From the IMG/VR virus record IMGVR_UViG_3300028840_001835: DNA of 64,000 nucleotides, one strand, 5' to 3'. A program made the position numbers and the translations under genes. The DNA is from a virus. Lineage: Duplodnaviria > Caudoviricetes. The notes under the pieces are model-generated. The model did not search any database, had not been told where the DNA came from, and was given only the letters and a program-made list of their open reading frames with translations. How positions within the stretch are numbered: position 1 is the first letter of the stretch; each line of letters starts with the position of its first letter. Of the stretch, positions 9,086 to 18,606 are shown one piece after another.

Positions 9086-10528
9086 ATGTCAGAGGAACAG
9101 AACACACCCGGAAAAGACTTGGTGCCAGCCGAGCAGCAACAGGAAAACACCAAAGAGGTAGTCATCTCTGAGGAGGGTTACGATAACATCCGGACAGCTA
9201 AGGAAAAGATTGAGAAGGTCTTGGTGAACTGGTTCACTGATGATCCTGTCATGCTTGGTACTTACTGTCTGGTCGAAAAGGTCGCAAGTAAAGATCAGAA
9301 GACCCTTGGTATCGACACAAGGTCAAGTACACCAAGAATTAAATACAATCCAAATTTCATCAATACTCTTTCTGAGGAGAGGCTCGAATGCATCATGGCT
9401 CAGGAGGGTTTTAAATTATTGCTCAGGCATCCAACTACACGATTGGCGTTCCCTAGAAATATATCTGGTCTCGCTAGTTCTGTTACCGTTACACCAATGT
9501 CCCTCGGTCCGCTTCTGAATATGGAAGGTATGGAAGACTTCTTTCCTACTCCAAAGAACTTCGGACTTCCCGAGGGTAAATTCTTTGAGGAGTATTTTCG
9601 TCAGTTGATGGACAGAAAGTCTGAGACAGACAAACGAATCAAAGAGATTTGGGATTCCATGTCTGACGAGGAAAAACAACAGATGATCAATGACGCCATG
9701 AACAATCAAGGTCAGGGTCAGTCAGATCCCAATCAACAGCCACAAGATGGCCAGGGTCAGGGTCAAGATGATCAGAATGGTCAGGGTCAGGGTCAGGGAA
9801 ATCAGGACCAGGATGGGTTTGAAAAATACGACAATGAAAATGACGCAATGAAGGAATACTTCGATCCCAATAGTACCAACAATGTTGACTGGGGTACGAA
9901 TGATCTTCTGGACGCGGACATTAAAAGCATGGTGGATGAGAAGAAAGGCTCTAGTAAGCAGTGGGGCAAATACACCGGCGAAGCATTAGGTGATATAGTC
10001 GCAGCCAATACACCAAAGATTTCCTGGAAGGAAATTGTGAGGCGTTTTGGTCGCTCGGTTATGTCCCGTAGAACTGTACCCTCAAGGATGAGAGTAAACA
10101 GGCGTTACAAATTCGATCTTCCTGGAGCACGCAGAGAATATGACACTAAGATCATATTCGCAGTCGATGTATCTGGCTCAATGTCAGATGAAGATTTAAA
10201 GGAAGGTTTCGCAGTTATAAACTCGGTGTGCGGTCATGCCGAGATGACCTACATGCTGTTCGATACCAAAATCAAATCAGTTGAAAAGGATTTCAAAAAA
10301 GCCAAGAAGTCCTTTAAAGTGACTGGTCGGGGAGGTACCGATTTCCAGGAAGTGGTCGACTATGCAAACGAACATAAGGCAGACGGTCTCGTAATATTCA
10401 CAGACGGGTATGCTGATTCACCCTCGAAGCCTATAAAGACAAAGACTCTCTGGTTATTACATAGCAAAGGTCAGAGTCCTCCAGTGGAGTGGGGGTTTAG
10501 AGCCTACCTTGATAGGTACGAGAATTAA
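9086..10528 (+). CDS. DUF2201-type metallopeptidase-like domain + Q/G linker + vWA domain
   Basis: YNPNF motif, QG-rich linker, MIDAS DVSGS...GGT...FTDG; HExxH position reads QEGFK. Confidence 0.8.
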   Translation: MSEEQNTPGKDLVPAEQQQENTKEVVISEEGYDNIRTAKEKIEKVLVNWFTDDPVMLGTYCLVEKVASKDQKTLGIDTRSSTPRIKYNPNFINTLSEERLECIMAQEGFKLLLRHPTTRLAFPRNISGLASSVTVTPMSLGPLLNMEGMEDFFPTPKNFGLPEGKFFEEYFRQLMDRKSETDKRIKEIWDSMSDEEKQQMINDAMNNQGQGQSDPNQQPQDGQGQGQDDQNGQGQGQGNQDQDGFEKYDNENDAMKEYFDPNSTNNVDWGTNDLLDADIKSMVDEKKGSSKQWGKYTGEALGDIVAANTPKISWKEIVRRFGRSVMSRRTVPSRMRVNRRYKFDLPGARREYDTKIIFAVDVSGSMSDEDLKEGFAVINSVCGHAEMTYMLFDTKIKSVEKDFKKAKKSFKVTGRGGTDFQEVVDYANEHKADGLVIFTDGYADSPSKPIKTKTLWLLHSKGQSPPVEWGFRAYLDRYEN

Positions 10529-10554
10529 CCAACTAATATAGGAGAATAAGTTCC

Positions 10555-10767
10555 ATGACAATTAATCATTTGGAGGAGTTTGATAAGAGACTCACAAAAT
10601 ATGTGCAGGCCTTGAAGAAAAACATCCAAGACGCAAAACCTGTCAAGAAACTAAACCCGCATCAGTACAAACTGAGAGGACATATAGTTAAGGCACAGAC
10701 TGAGGTGTTGGATGAGGTTCTTAAAGGAATTCCAAAAGTAAAGGAGAAGGTGGAGTTTATGAGGTGA
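10555..10767 (+). CDS. hypothetical protein
   Basis: GGAG RBS, 70 aa. Confidence 0.55.
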   Translation: MTINHLEEFDKRLTKYVQALKKNIQDAKPVKKLNPHQYKLRGHIVKAQTEVLDEVLKGIPKVKEKVEFMR

Positions 10768-10839
10768 TATGCCGTTCGGTTGGTTCGGTTCATTCTTTCT
10801 TGGTACGCACGGACTAATCCTTATAGACAATCCACGCAA

Positions 10840-10869
10840 GGGGAGGGACTAGAGTTCCTCCCCTTTTTT
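10840..10869 (+). terminator. intrinsic terminator
   Basis: GGGAGGGAC...GTTCCTCCC followed by T-run. Confidence 0.7.
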
Positions 10870-10904
10870 TGTCACATAAAAAACTAAAACGGTTGGATTT
10901 AACA

Positions 10905-11423
10905 ATGAAAAGAGTATTCATCTGTGAAACTGATATAGTGCCTGTCAACTGGTACTACCAATATGATTCAGTAGAAAATTTCTATTGGTTTAAACTGGCA
11001 CTTACGAAAAACTATAACCTCCGACATGAGAATGAGGAAATTTCATTCTTTGGATTGAATGAAAACTGCACCTTTCGAACCAAGAGAACCGCCGATCCTC
11101 ATCGAATGGCTATTCGGGTATATAACAAAATACTTCAATGGCCCACGGGTGAAGTATCAAGATTTATTCGTAATCCATCATTAATCATACTAGGGTTAAA
11201 GTCTAATATTAGTTGGGAGAAAAACCTAAGTCAAAAGTTCATGAAACATAAGGTGTTCGATTGTGAGATAAGAGAAAATCTGGATTCAACATTAATAGAG
11301 CCAGATACATTAGAATATATGATAAGAAATCAGACTCCAAAACTACCACAAAGCGTTCCTGATAACAAAAAGATGGTGAGGGGTCGCCGGGCTCCCGGCA
11401 GCGGATTAAGGCTAAAACCGTAA
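10905..11423 (+). CDS. hypothetical protein
   Basis: ATG at 10905 in the 184-aa ORF. Confidence 0.55.
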   Translation: MKRVFICETDIVPVNWYYQYDSVENFYWFKLALTKNYNLRHENEEISFFGLNENCTFRTKRTADPHRMAIRVYNKILQWPTGEVSRFIRNPSLIILGLKSNISWEKNLSQKFMKHKVFDCEIRENLDSTLIEPDTLEYMIRNQTPKLPQSVPDNKKMVRGRRAPGSGLRLKP

Positions 11424-11435
11424 ATTTTAAAGCAC

Positions 11436-11471
11436 AAAAAGAGGGAGATAAAAATCTCCCTCTTTTAATTT
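11436..11471. terminator. bidirectional terminator between convergent genes
   Basis: AAAAAGAGGGAGAT AAAA ATCTCCCTCTTTT. Confidence 0.8.
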
Positions 11472-11487
11472 TAGTGCTGCAACAAGG

Positions 11488-11877
11488 TTACACTAAAATG
11501 GATCTCCGTGTCTTACCTTCGATCTGTTTATTAATTGCCTTGACCAATCTTCCAAATGAAAACAATCCATTGTAATCGTAGAACCGATTTCTCTTGATCC
11601 ATTTACAATGGACAAGTATCCTGAGTCCATCTGGATTGACATCAGTCTTCCTGGTGCTACGTTTCATAATGGTAACATCATTCGGAAACTCCCCAAAGAC
11701 CTTGATCATTTCGTTGGTTATTAGCTCCTTCTTCTCGGCAAAGGTCATACCAGATACATCAAACTTGATTAGTTTCTTTCGCATCTTTGTGGTGCCCGGA
11801 ACATCGACCACTTCATGTAACGCATCGGGTTGAACCTTTACATTGGTTACTTTTTTCTTCATACCTAAAATCCTCAT
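11488..11877 (-). CDS. hypothetical protein, paralog of the C-terminal domain of 12658-13206
   Basis: aligned motifs G.T..EKK, GE.P, PDG.R.LV, R.YD..G. Confidence 0.65.
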   Translation of the reverse strand: MRILGMKKKVTNVKVQPDALHEVVDVPGTTKMRKKLIKFDVSGMTFAEKKELITNEMIKVFGEFPNDVTIMKRSTRKTDVNPDGLRILVHCKWIKRNRFYDYNGLFSFGRLVKAINKQIEGKTRRSILV

Positions 11878-11900
11878 GGGTTAAAATAACACTTATTCCA

Positions 11901-11928
11901 AATATAGTAAATTATATTTGGATGTCAA
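11901..11928 (-). promoter_or_regulatory. early-type promoter TTGACA-N16-TATATT
   Basis: reverse complement match. Confidence 0.7.
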
Positions 11929-11944
11929 TGTAAATTATGGACTT

Positions 11945-12397
11945 TTATTTACCCGGAGGTTTTTGGTCTGGTGGAAGTTCGTCCTCGGTATATATTCCAA
12001 GTTCGTCACAGAAATCAGCCACGCCCTTCTCTATGTTCTCGTCTGTGAACTTTTCCTTGATCTCTTTCTGATGGGCGGTCGTCTGAATCGGAGGCTCGGA
12101 ACTTCCCTCTGAATGGGATAAGCCTGAACCATGATTCTCAAGAACGAAACAGTAAAGACAGAAGTCATTAAAAGAAGTGACCATGGCAGGGGGATAGTTA
12201 TTCTTAATGGCCTGTACATAACTATCATAGACCTCGGGACCTTCCTTCTCCATCCACGACTTAAAATTGACCATCTTGGGATCCTTGGAAAGAACTTCCG
12301 CAATCCTACGTTTGATAGCCAGGGGACTGACGCTGTTCAGCTTCTCCCAGTAATTCTTACCCGGTTTAGGTTCCAGGCTCCCTTCTATGTCTGACAT
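11945..12397 (-). CDS. hypothetical acidic protein
   Basis: GGGAG RBS, 150 aa. Confidence 0.6.
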   Translation of the reverse strand: MSDIEGSLEPKPGKNYWEKLNSVSPLAIKRRIAEVLSKDPKMVNFKSWMEKEGPEVYDSYVQAIKNNYPPAMVTSFNDFCLYCFVLENHGSGLSHSEGSSEPPIQTTAHQKEIKEKFTDENIEKGVADFCDELGIYTEDELPPDQKPPGK

Positions 12398-12409
12398 GAT
12401 TCTCCCTTC

Positions 12410-12676
12410 TTAAAAGTTAAGGTCACTATTATTTAGTTTGTTTATGTTCTTCAAACCGAAATGTTTTCGTGGGTCAACCTTTCTCTCAAGCATGACCTCA
12501 GCCTTATGTTCGGTAATATGCCTGCATTTTTTTCTCCACTTGTAACCGGGACAAGTGCAGTGCCACTCGCGGTCTTTATATCTTACAAAATAACTCTTAC
12601 CTGTCGAGCCCTCCACAATCCAAAGGCGATCATCCTCGCCATATATACTCTTTCCCATTATTGCTCCAGTAACCAA
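12410..12676 (-). CDS. SWIM-type zinc finger protein
   Basis: WHCTCPGYKWRKKCRH (CxC-x7-CxH). Confidence 0.75.
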   Translation of the reverse strand: MVTGAIMGKSIYGEDDRLWIVEGSTGKSYFVRYKDREWHCTCPGYKWRKKCRHITEHKAEVMLERKVDPRKHFGLKNINKLNNSDLNF

Positions 12677-13206
12677 TCTATCTTTGAGAATAATGCACTG
12701 ACTCGATACTTACCTTTCTTATCGTATGCTCGCTGTCTATGTAGACCTTCAATCCAAACCAAAAATCTATCACCGTCGGGAAACTCATCACAATTACCAG
12801 CACGGACGCCTATCTTTTTAAACTGAACCCCTTTTGGAACCTCACCATATTTCTCAATGATCATGTCTCTGACCATTTTCTTTTTCTCTTCCCAGGTCTT
12901 TCCGAATGTATCTAGATCAACGACCTTTGAAATCCGTTTACCAGTTACCTTTCTTTTCTTCTTGGGTTCCTCCACCACGGGTTCAATGGATACATCGTTA
13001 GAATCCTTTTTATATTTCTTACCATAGAGCCAACCATTTCCATCACCGAGATTGATTGCCTCGTCTGGGTGTTTCTTTAAATATCTCTGAGCCTCTTCGG
13101 GTGTATATCTTACATCGGGAGCGATCCATACAAACCCATAATCAGGTCCTCTATTCGCATCCTGTCCAATTAATACCTCTTCCTCTTCCTTGACTCGCTT
13201 TACCAT
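12658..13206 (-). CDS. hypothetical protein, C-terminal domain paralogous to 11488-11877
   Basis: GGAG RBS; shared motifs. Confidence 0.65.
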   Translation of the reverse strand: MVKRVKEEEEVLIGQDANRGPDYGFVWIAPDVRYTPEEAQRYLKKHPDEAINLGDGNGWLYGKKYKKDSNDVSIEPVVEEPKKKRKVTGKRISKVVDLDTFGKTWEEKKKMVRDMIIEKYGEVPKGVQFKKIGVRAGNCDEFPDGDRFLVWIEGLHRQRAYDKKGKYRVSALFSKIDWLLEQ

Positions 13207-13230
13207 TCAGTTCTCCTTTGCTATAAACTA

Positions 13231-13299
13231 AATATAGTAAACTCCACAAAAATGTCAAGTTCCAAAAACAGTTGACAAAGAGATAAACATTACTATATT
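13231..13299. promoter_or_regulatory. divergent pair of early-type promoters TTGACA-N16-TATATT
   Basis: minus copy 13231-13258, plus copy 13272-13299. Confidence 0.75.
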
Positions 13300-13337
13300 T
13301 AACTAGAAGGTTACATTAAAAGGAAAGAGGTTCTGCA

Positions 13338-13598
13338 ATGGACATGATGGATTATAAAATGGAGATGAAGAGGCAGAAGGAGCCAAAGAGGTATGTTCTG
13401 TTCTGTCCCGAAGTAGGTGATCGATCAGGTCTCGGGTTCAACTCCTTCGATGAGAGATATCGTAAAGGCGAAGGCAACTATATGCCCCATCTGATCAGGT
13501 ATGGAGCCATGTTAAAGTGGTATCAGATCGTTGACACCCAGAATGATAACAAGGTTGTGGAAGAGAATTTTCAGGACGAGGATGATGAATTATTATGA
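13338..13598 (+). CDS. hypothetical protein
   Basis: GAGG RBS, 86 aa. Confidence 0.55.
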   Translation: MDMMDYKMEMKRQKEPKRYVLFCPEVGDRSGLGFNSFDERYRKGEGNYMPHLIRYGAMLKWYQIVDTQNDNKVVEENFQDEDDELL

Positions 13599-14623
13599 AA
13601 GAGTTTAAGAAGTTTTCAAGTATAGAGAATAGTTACAGAGTCAAGTATCTGGAACTATTAAAACAGTATACTCTTGATGATGGTACATTTGTCGTATCAG
13701 AGAAGATACATGGTGCCAATTTTTCCATTTGGTACGATGGAACTGATCTCAAATGCGCCAAGAGAAGCGCCTTTCTAAAGGAGGATGATAATTTTTCCAA
13801 CTTTCAGGAAGTTCGTGATCGGCTACGTCCGAACATACAGAATCTTCACACCTTTCTTCGTGTGTCCCAGCAGAATATTGAGGACCCGCTCGAGGTCGCA
13901 GTGTATGGAGAACTGTTTGGTGGTTCGTATCCTCACAAGGATGTATCGGTAGATCCGGGGGCCAAGAAAATACAGAAGGGTATACATTATTGCCCTCACA
14001 ATGATTTCTACGCCTTCGATATAAGGGTAAACGGTGTGTACCTATCCGTACCAGAAGCCAATGATCTATTTAACAGGTTTGGGTTTCTTCATGCGGAGAC
14101 TTTATTTGAAGGTTCATTAAAGAACTGCCTGGAATATAAAAATGAATTCCAGACCACCGTCCCTGGTAAGTTTCAACTTCCACAGATTGATGATAACTTC
14201 TGCGAGGGTGTTGTTATAAGACCCGTAGAGCCAAGGTTTTTTCCTAACGGGTCCAGGGTCATTCTCAAGAACAAGAACGCCAAGTGGGAGGAAAAGAGTA
14301 AGGCAAGTGATAGAAAGCCAAAGATAGAGGTTCAACTGACTGACGAGGAACAAAGACTTTACCATGAATTTCATTCTCTCGTTACGGAGAACAGATTAGT
14401 GAATGTGTTATCCAAGTTCGGACCAGTTGGGCAAAAGGACTTTGGAAAGTTACTTGGGGAGTTCTCCAGGGATATATCGGAGGAGTTTAACAAGGATTTC
14501 AATGAGGCCTTCGGTGAGCTGAATAAGTCCGTTCAAAAAATTATCAAAGGTAAGGTCCAAAAGGCAGCAAGTAAGATAATAAGAGATCATTATGTGAACA
14601 TAATTGATGGAACATGGCCTTGA
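13595..14623 (+). CDS. rnlB: RNA ligase 2 family (T4 Rnl2-like)
   Basis: motif I EKIHGANF, YGELFG, FYAFDI, EGVVIRP, ILKNKN. Confidence 0.9.
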   Translation: MKEFKKFSSIENSYRVKYLELLKQYTLDDGTFVVSEKIHGANFSIWYDGTDLKCAKRSAFLKEDDNFSNFQEVRDRLRPNIQNLHTFLRVSQQNIEDPLEVAVYGELFGGSYPHKDVSVDPGAKKIQKGIHYCPHNDFYAFDIRVNGVYLSVPEANDLFNRFGFLHAETLFEGSLKNCLEYKNEFQTTVPGKFQLPQIDDNFCEGVVIRPVEPRFFPNGSRVILKNKNAKWEEKSKASDRKPKIEVQLTDEEQRLYHEFHSLVTENRLVNVLSKFGPVGQKDFGKLLGEFSRDISEEFNKDFNEAFGELNKSVQKIIKGKVQKAASKIIRDHYVNIIDGTWP

Positions 14624-14645
14624 TTGGATCGACCTTGATATGCAG

Positions 14646-14674
14646 AAAGGGGAGGTTTAACACCTCCCCTTTTT
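14646..14674. terminator. bidirectional terminator
   Basis: AAAGGGGAGGT TTAAC ACCTCCCCTTTTT. Confidence 0.8.
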
Positions 14675-14689
14675 ATTTGCCTAAAATTT

Positions 14690-15313
14690 TTATCTACATT
14701 GTGGCCATGCACTACAACCTAAAAACTTCTTTCCAGCCCCTGGACCTCGCTTGGCTTTTCGTTCAACCAAGAATTCCCCGCACTTCTCACAGGTCTGTAA
14801 CTTGTATAGGGCATGATATTGTTCATTGACCTTCTTCTTTAACCTCTCAGCCCAACCAACAAGCCGGTTGATCCGTACCGACTTCCCGATCATCTTGTCT
14901 AACCGATTGTTATATAGAAACACTCGGATAGCGTCCTTTCCCTTTCTTCGGGAGATGCCCGCCTCATCAATGGAGGAGAGTATTCGAATGTATATATCTG
15001 GGTGTGATTTGAACGGGCGTTCATAAACCAGCTCCCTGGTGAAGCCATCTGATTCCGCAATCTGGAAACCGGCGGGTCGGACTATGTCCTCAAACTCCTT
15101 TCTCTCTATATAGACAAAGGCGTCCTTTTTTACCGCCTCTCCCTTTATAATCGCCACCGAGAGCCCGGCCACCCGCTTGTCATTCACCTTTGTGTTGATC
15201 AGGGCGAGGGCCTTATTCTCTTTGATCTCAGAGCACTTCTTCAATGACCGATGATCATCCTGCCTGGCCTTTTTCCAGTCCCGATTTCTCCAACGCATGA
15301 TGTATCCTTTCAA
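14690..15313 (-). CDS. hypothetical protein with C-terminal topoisomerase-type C4 zinc ribbon
   Basis: CEKCG...FLGCSAWPQC. Confidence 0.65.
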   Translation of the reverse strand: MKGYIMRWRNRDWKKARQDDHRSLKKCSEIKENKALALINTKVNDKRVAGLSVAIIKGEAVKKDAFVYIERKEFEDIVRPAGFQIAESDGFTRELVYERPFKSHPDIYIRILSSIDEAGISRRKGKDAIRVFLYNNRLDKMIGKSVRINRLVGWAERLKKKVNEQYHALYKLQTCEKCGEFLVERKAKRGPGAGKKFLGCSAWPQCR

Positions 15314-16026
15314 TTCGATAACTTTGCGAATCTGTTTATATAGTCTGGGTCCTGTGAAAAGATCGGTATCTCCTTATCAATGAACCACTTTCCATCCTCC
15401 CCCTTCACAATACAGGTTCCGCGTTTCTCGATAGTTGGAAGATCATTGAAGTTGATCTTCTTCAAAAGAAAAAGCATGTCCTGGATCTGGTCACAGGATT
15501 TCTTATGTAGCTCTTTGTGAGAGAATTGAGAACGGCCTACCATCTGAATGGCATTACGTGTTGCGTCCTGCTGCCTCCAGAGGAATATGTTATATATCTC
15601 ATTCTCTGGAAGAACAAATCCCCGGCAATCAAAAAACGCACAAGGCATATTAATGTCCACATTATGAAATGCTCTAAATGCCTCATTAAATAACGCTGTC
15701 GCCATGGACGCAGTGACAGACGTGATCTTGTTTATCTTCTTACCAAACCATGGCTCGGTCTCAAAGGTCTGGTCGTCCCTTATAAGAATCGTTATCTCGT
15801 CAGATTGCGTGTATGCGATCTGTGCACCTGGTATCGTTTTGCAAAGGTCAAAAGATGTTCTTATCATAGAATCGATCAACCTATAGTCGAACGGCTTCCT
15901 ACATTTCCATTTCTTTACATTGGTGTGGAAGTGGACACCGTCCAGACGGAGAACGAGAGGCATCCGTATCGGATACTTGCCAGAGAAGGCTCGCTCGTAT
16001 TCTTTCATCCTATCGCCTAAGTTCAT
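15310..16026 (-). CDS. thg1: Thg1-family 3'-5' nucleotidyltransferase (tRNA-His guanylyltransferase-like)
   Basis: RMKEYE, RLDGVHFH, YTQSDEI, FDCR, WRQQDATRNAI. Confidence 0.9.
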   Translation of the reverse strand: MNLGDRMKEYERAFSGKYPIRMPLVLRLDGVHFHTNVKKWKCRKPFDYRLIDSMIRTSFDLCKTIPGAQIAYTQSDEITILIRDDQTFETEPWFGKKINKITSVTASMATALFNEAFRAFHNVDINMPCAFFDCRGFVLPENEIYNIFLWRQQDATRNAIQMVGRSQFSHKELHKKSCDQIQDMLFLLKKINFNDLPTIEKRGTCIVKGEDGKWFIDKEIPIFSQDPDYINRFAKLSN

Positions 16027-16235
16027 TCTCCCTCCCATCCATCATGATATAACCGACGGCACTCTATACAACCGTGTGAGGAATCCATGTCTTTCGCAGT
16101 ACAACCATTGCAGTCATAAGAAGGATGTTCCACCTTTCCGTCGATACGAATCGCACCAGTTATCGTACACCAATCTACATTGGCAACCTCGATACTACTA
16201 TCCGATATCTTAACCCAGTTATGTTTAGCCATCAT
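16023..16235 (-). CDS. small Cys-containing hypothetical protein
   Basis: 70 aa, overlaps neighbours in operon. Confidence 0.5.
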   Translation of the reverse strand: MMAKHNWVKISDSSIEVANVDWCTITGAIRIDGKVEHPSYDCNGCTAKDMDSSHGCIECRRLYHDGWEGE

Positions 16236-17256
16236 CGTCCTCCTTGGTAATTGGTTTCAATATCTTCCAGATATACTCATCGTACCCCTTACCGTCAAGC
16301 ATCTTGAACACGACAGCCCACAGCTTATTGCTAATACTGTTCTTTATTGTGATTGCCTGCTCTTTCCTAGTAGAAAGATTCTTAACCCTCTCAAAGACAC
16401 CAAGGGCCAGAGCCTTGTTTGTATCGAACTCCTTCTCAAAGTTATCCTTGACCTCCTTGATCCACTTCTCAAACTCCTCAGGAAGATTCACCAGTATAGA
16501 ATCAAAGTCTGCACCATCCTTGAGCATCTCCCAAACAGCCTTCTCATTTAGACCGGTGACGATTCTGTGAAGTCTTACATACTCCTCAAACTTCATCTTT
16601 AGTCTAAACCCATTGTCAAACTTCACAACAAAGCCCTCAGAATTATTCTTATCATTCTTAGTTAGAACCCTAAAGTCCTTTACACCGTCATACTTCTTGA
16701 CGGTTGGCAAGGAAATATCATTAATTGAAAAATCAAACCCGGTCTCGTTATCTATGATGGCGAGAAGAAACAGATCTGTTACATCACCATAGTTTACCAC
16801 GATCCTGTTATCTGGATATATGATCTCAAACAGATAGGTGAATCCATCCTTGAAATGAAAATCCTTGTATCTATTTTCAAGTATCCTGTTGGCTACCCGA
16901 GCCTGCTCAGAGTCAAACGAACCGCGAGTTGCAATTCTGGGAGTACCATCGGGCATCTTGTATAAGATACCAAGAGAACCATCCAGCTTGTCATACACCT
17001 CAAAGGTCTCATTAGGTATCTGGATACCTAATCCAGGGAGCTCCTCATAGTTGAAAAACTTCGGGAAAGGCCGTGCAATTATCTCACCATACTCATTGAG
17101 TATCAACCCGCGACACATCATGTTGGTGCCGTTCCAACGCCTTTTGAACTGACAGTCCGGAGTGTAATTATATATGTAATAATCTACCTCTGGATGTTTC
17201 TTGACCATGACATTTCCAGCCTCAATCTCAGTCTGTATCTTATCTAGTAGAGTCAT
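16225..17256 (-). CDS. rnlA: RNA ligase 1 family (T4 Rnl1-like)
   Basis: CRGLI, PFPKFFN, KLDGSL, ATRGSF, FEIIYP, EGFVV, KMK. Confidence 0.9.
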   Translation of the reverse strand: MTLLDKIQTEIEAGNVMVKKHPEVDYYIYNYTPDCQFKRRWNGTNMMCRGLILNEYGEIIARPFPKFFNYEELPGLGIQIPNETFEVYDKLDGSLGILYKMPDGTPRIATRGSFDSEQARVANRILENRYKDFHFKDGFTYLFEIIYPDNRIVVNYGDVTDLFLLAIIDNETGFDFSINDISLPTVKKYDGVKDFRVLTKNDKNNSEGFVVKFDNGFRLKMKFEEYVRLHRIVTGLNEKAVWEMLKDGADFDSILVNLPEEFEKWIKEVKDNFEKEFDTNKALALGVFERVKNLSTRKEQAITIKNSISNKLWAVVFKMLDGKGYDEYIWKILKPITKEDDDG

Positions 17257-17431
17257 ACATTGCTCCTTTAACTATTGATAAACCAAATACATACATCGCA
17301 TTGAAAATCGGAACCAGAGTCCAGAGTCCGACTTCAAATGATAAAACTGGATATCCCTGCGCCAACAGGCAGGCAAGAAAATGCCACCAGGGACCATTAT
17401 ATACAACTGATGCCTCTATCCTATTTTTCAT
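17240..17431 (-). CDS. small hydrophobic hypothetical protein
   Basis: 63 aa in operon. Confidence 0.45.
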   Translation of the reverse strand: MKNRIEASVVYNGPWWHFLACLLAQGYPVLSFEVGLWTLVPIFNAMYVFGLSIVKGAMYDSTR

Positions 17432-18132
17432 TATTCCTCCTCAGGGTTGAATGATTCACAAGCCTTGCCTAAATCCAATCTCTTTCGTGCTATGTTACGC
17501 ACCACTATGTTCTCCTCATCGTCCTGCCTATAATATGATAGATCGCAATTCGATAGTATGTTACCTTTACAGTTGAGATATAGTTCACCATCTATACGTT
17601 CATCCTCAACAGTGAAACCGTGTATGGGATTCTCCCGTCCTTTTCCCAACTTTAGATATGCGTTTCCCTCCTGAATTAAAGAGAAGTCTTTTGTACCATC
17701 TTGCTCGAACTTCATTCGGGCAAAACCAAAGGCCAGGATCTTATCATCAACTTTTCGCCAGTTATGATATCCATCGTTACTTATTTCGACTGCAGTCACT
17801 TCGTTATCGTCACAATATGTCCAAAGTCTAAGAATCGCAAACAAAAACCTATCAGGAACCTTGATGCCATTGGTGGCGATATAGAAGTTCCCAATCCCCA
17901 CCTTGTACTTTTTGGCTAAGCGGATGATGGTTCTGATTTTATCAGGTACCAGGGACGGCTCACCACCAGTTATGGTCAGGAACGATATATACTCCAGTTT
18001 CTGAAAAAGGCCCTCGATGTATTTATCATCAATGTCCTTGTCCTGGGCATCACCCCTCAGGCAGTGCAGACATTTAAGGTTACACCTGCGGGTCACCTCG
18101 ATGATCAAATTATCTATAGAATATTTCTTCAT
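17431..18132 (-). CDS. radical SAM protein
   Basis: CNLKCLHC, TGGEP, IATNG. Confidence 0.9.
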   Translation of the reverse strand: MKKYSIDNLIIEVTRRCNLKCLHCLRGDAQDKDIDDKYIEGLFQKLEYISFLTITGGEPSLVPDKIRTIIRLAKKYKVGIGNFYIATNGIKVPDRFLFAILRLWTYCDDNEVTAVEISNDGYHNWRKVDDKILAFGFARMKFEQDGTKDFSLIQEGNAYLKLGKGRENPIHGFTVEDERIDGELYLNCKGNILSNCDLSYYRQDDEENIVVRNIARKRLDLGKACESFNPEEE

Positions 18133-18261
18133 TTCTTTCTCCTATACCAATATATGACTTTTTCGATCTCGGCCTTCTTCATGGATCTTAATTCTGTATC
18201 ACTAATTCTATTATATACTCCGTTCACAAAGTTATCCCTTAGTTCTTTCTCAAAGAAGATC

Positions 18262-18606
18262 CTATCGGATAGATCGTGTTTTTTTTATCGTCAGTTTTTT
18301 GGCCCAATCATGTTTCAACCTACAATGTATAACTGACAGACAATCCCAAAAGTCTCCAATGATCTCGGGCTTGACCTTGTTTAAATATCTCTGAAGTTCG
18401 TCAAAGTTTTTGACCGTATCAATATTATTCCGAAGATATCTAAAGATCATAGAGTTCATCCACTTGCCCTGTTCGATAGTCAGATTCTCACAACCACGGG
18501 AGATTTTATAGAAGTTAAACCTCCAACCTCTAACAGGCCATCCAGCAGCGACCGCCGGAATGGCGGTCATCGCGGTTAACGTCTTTAGAAATGTTCTTCT
18601 ATCCAT
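18262..18606 (-). CDS. hypothetical protein with twin-arginine-like signal (MDRRTFLK)
   Basis: ATG at 18606 overlapping upstream stop; RRTFLK then hydrophobic stretch ending AVAAG. Confidence 0.5.
   Translation of the reverse strand: MDRRTFLKTLTAMTAIPAVAAGWPVRGWRFNFYKISRGCENLTIEQGKWMNSMIFRYLRNNIDTVKNFDELQRYLNKVKPEIIGDFWDCLSVIHCRLKHDWAKKLTIKKTRSIR

Noticed and set aside
9700-9820. CAGGGT-type short repeats
   Set aside because: They encode the Q/G low-complexity linker usual in this AAA-associated vWA family
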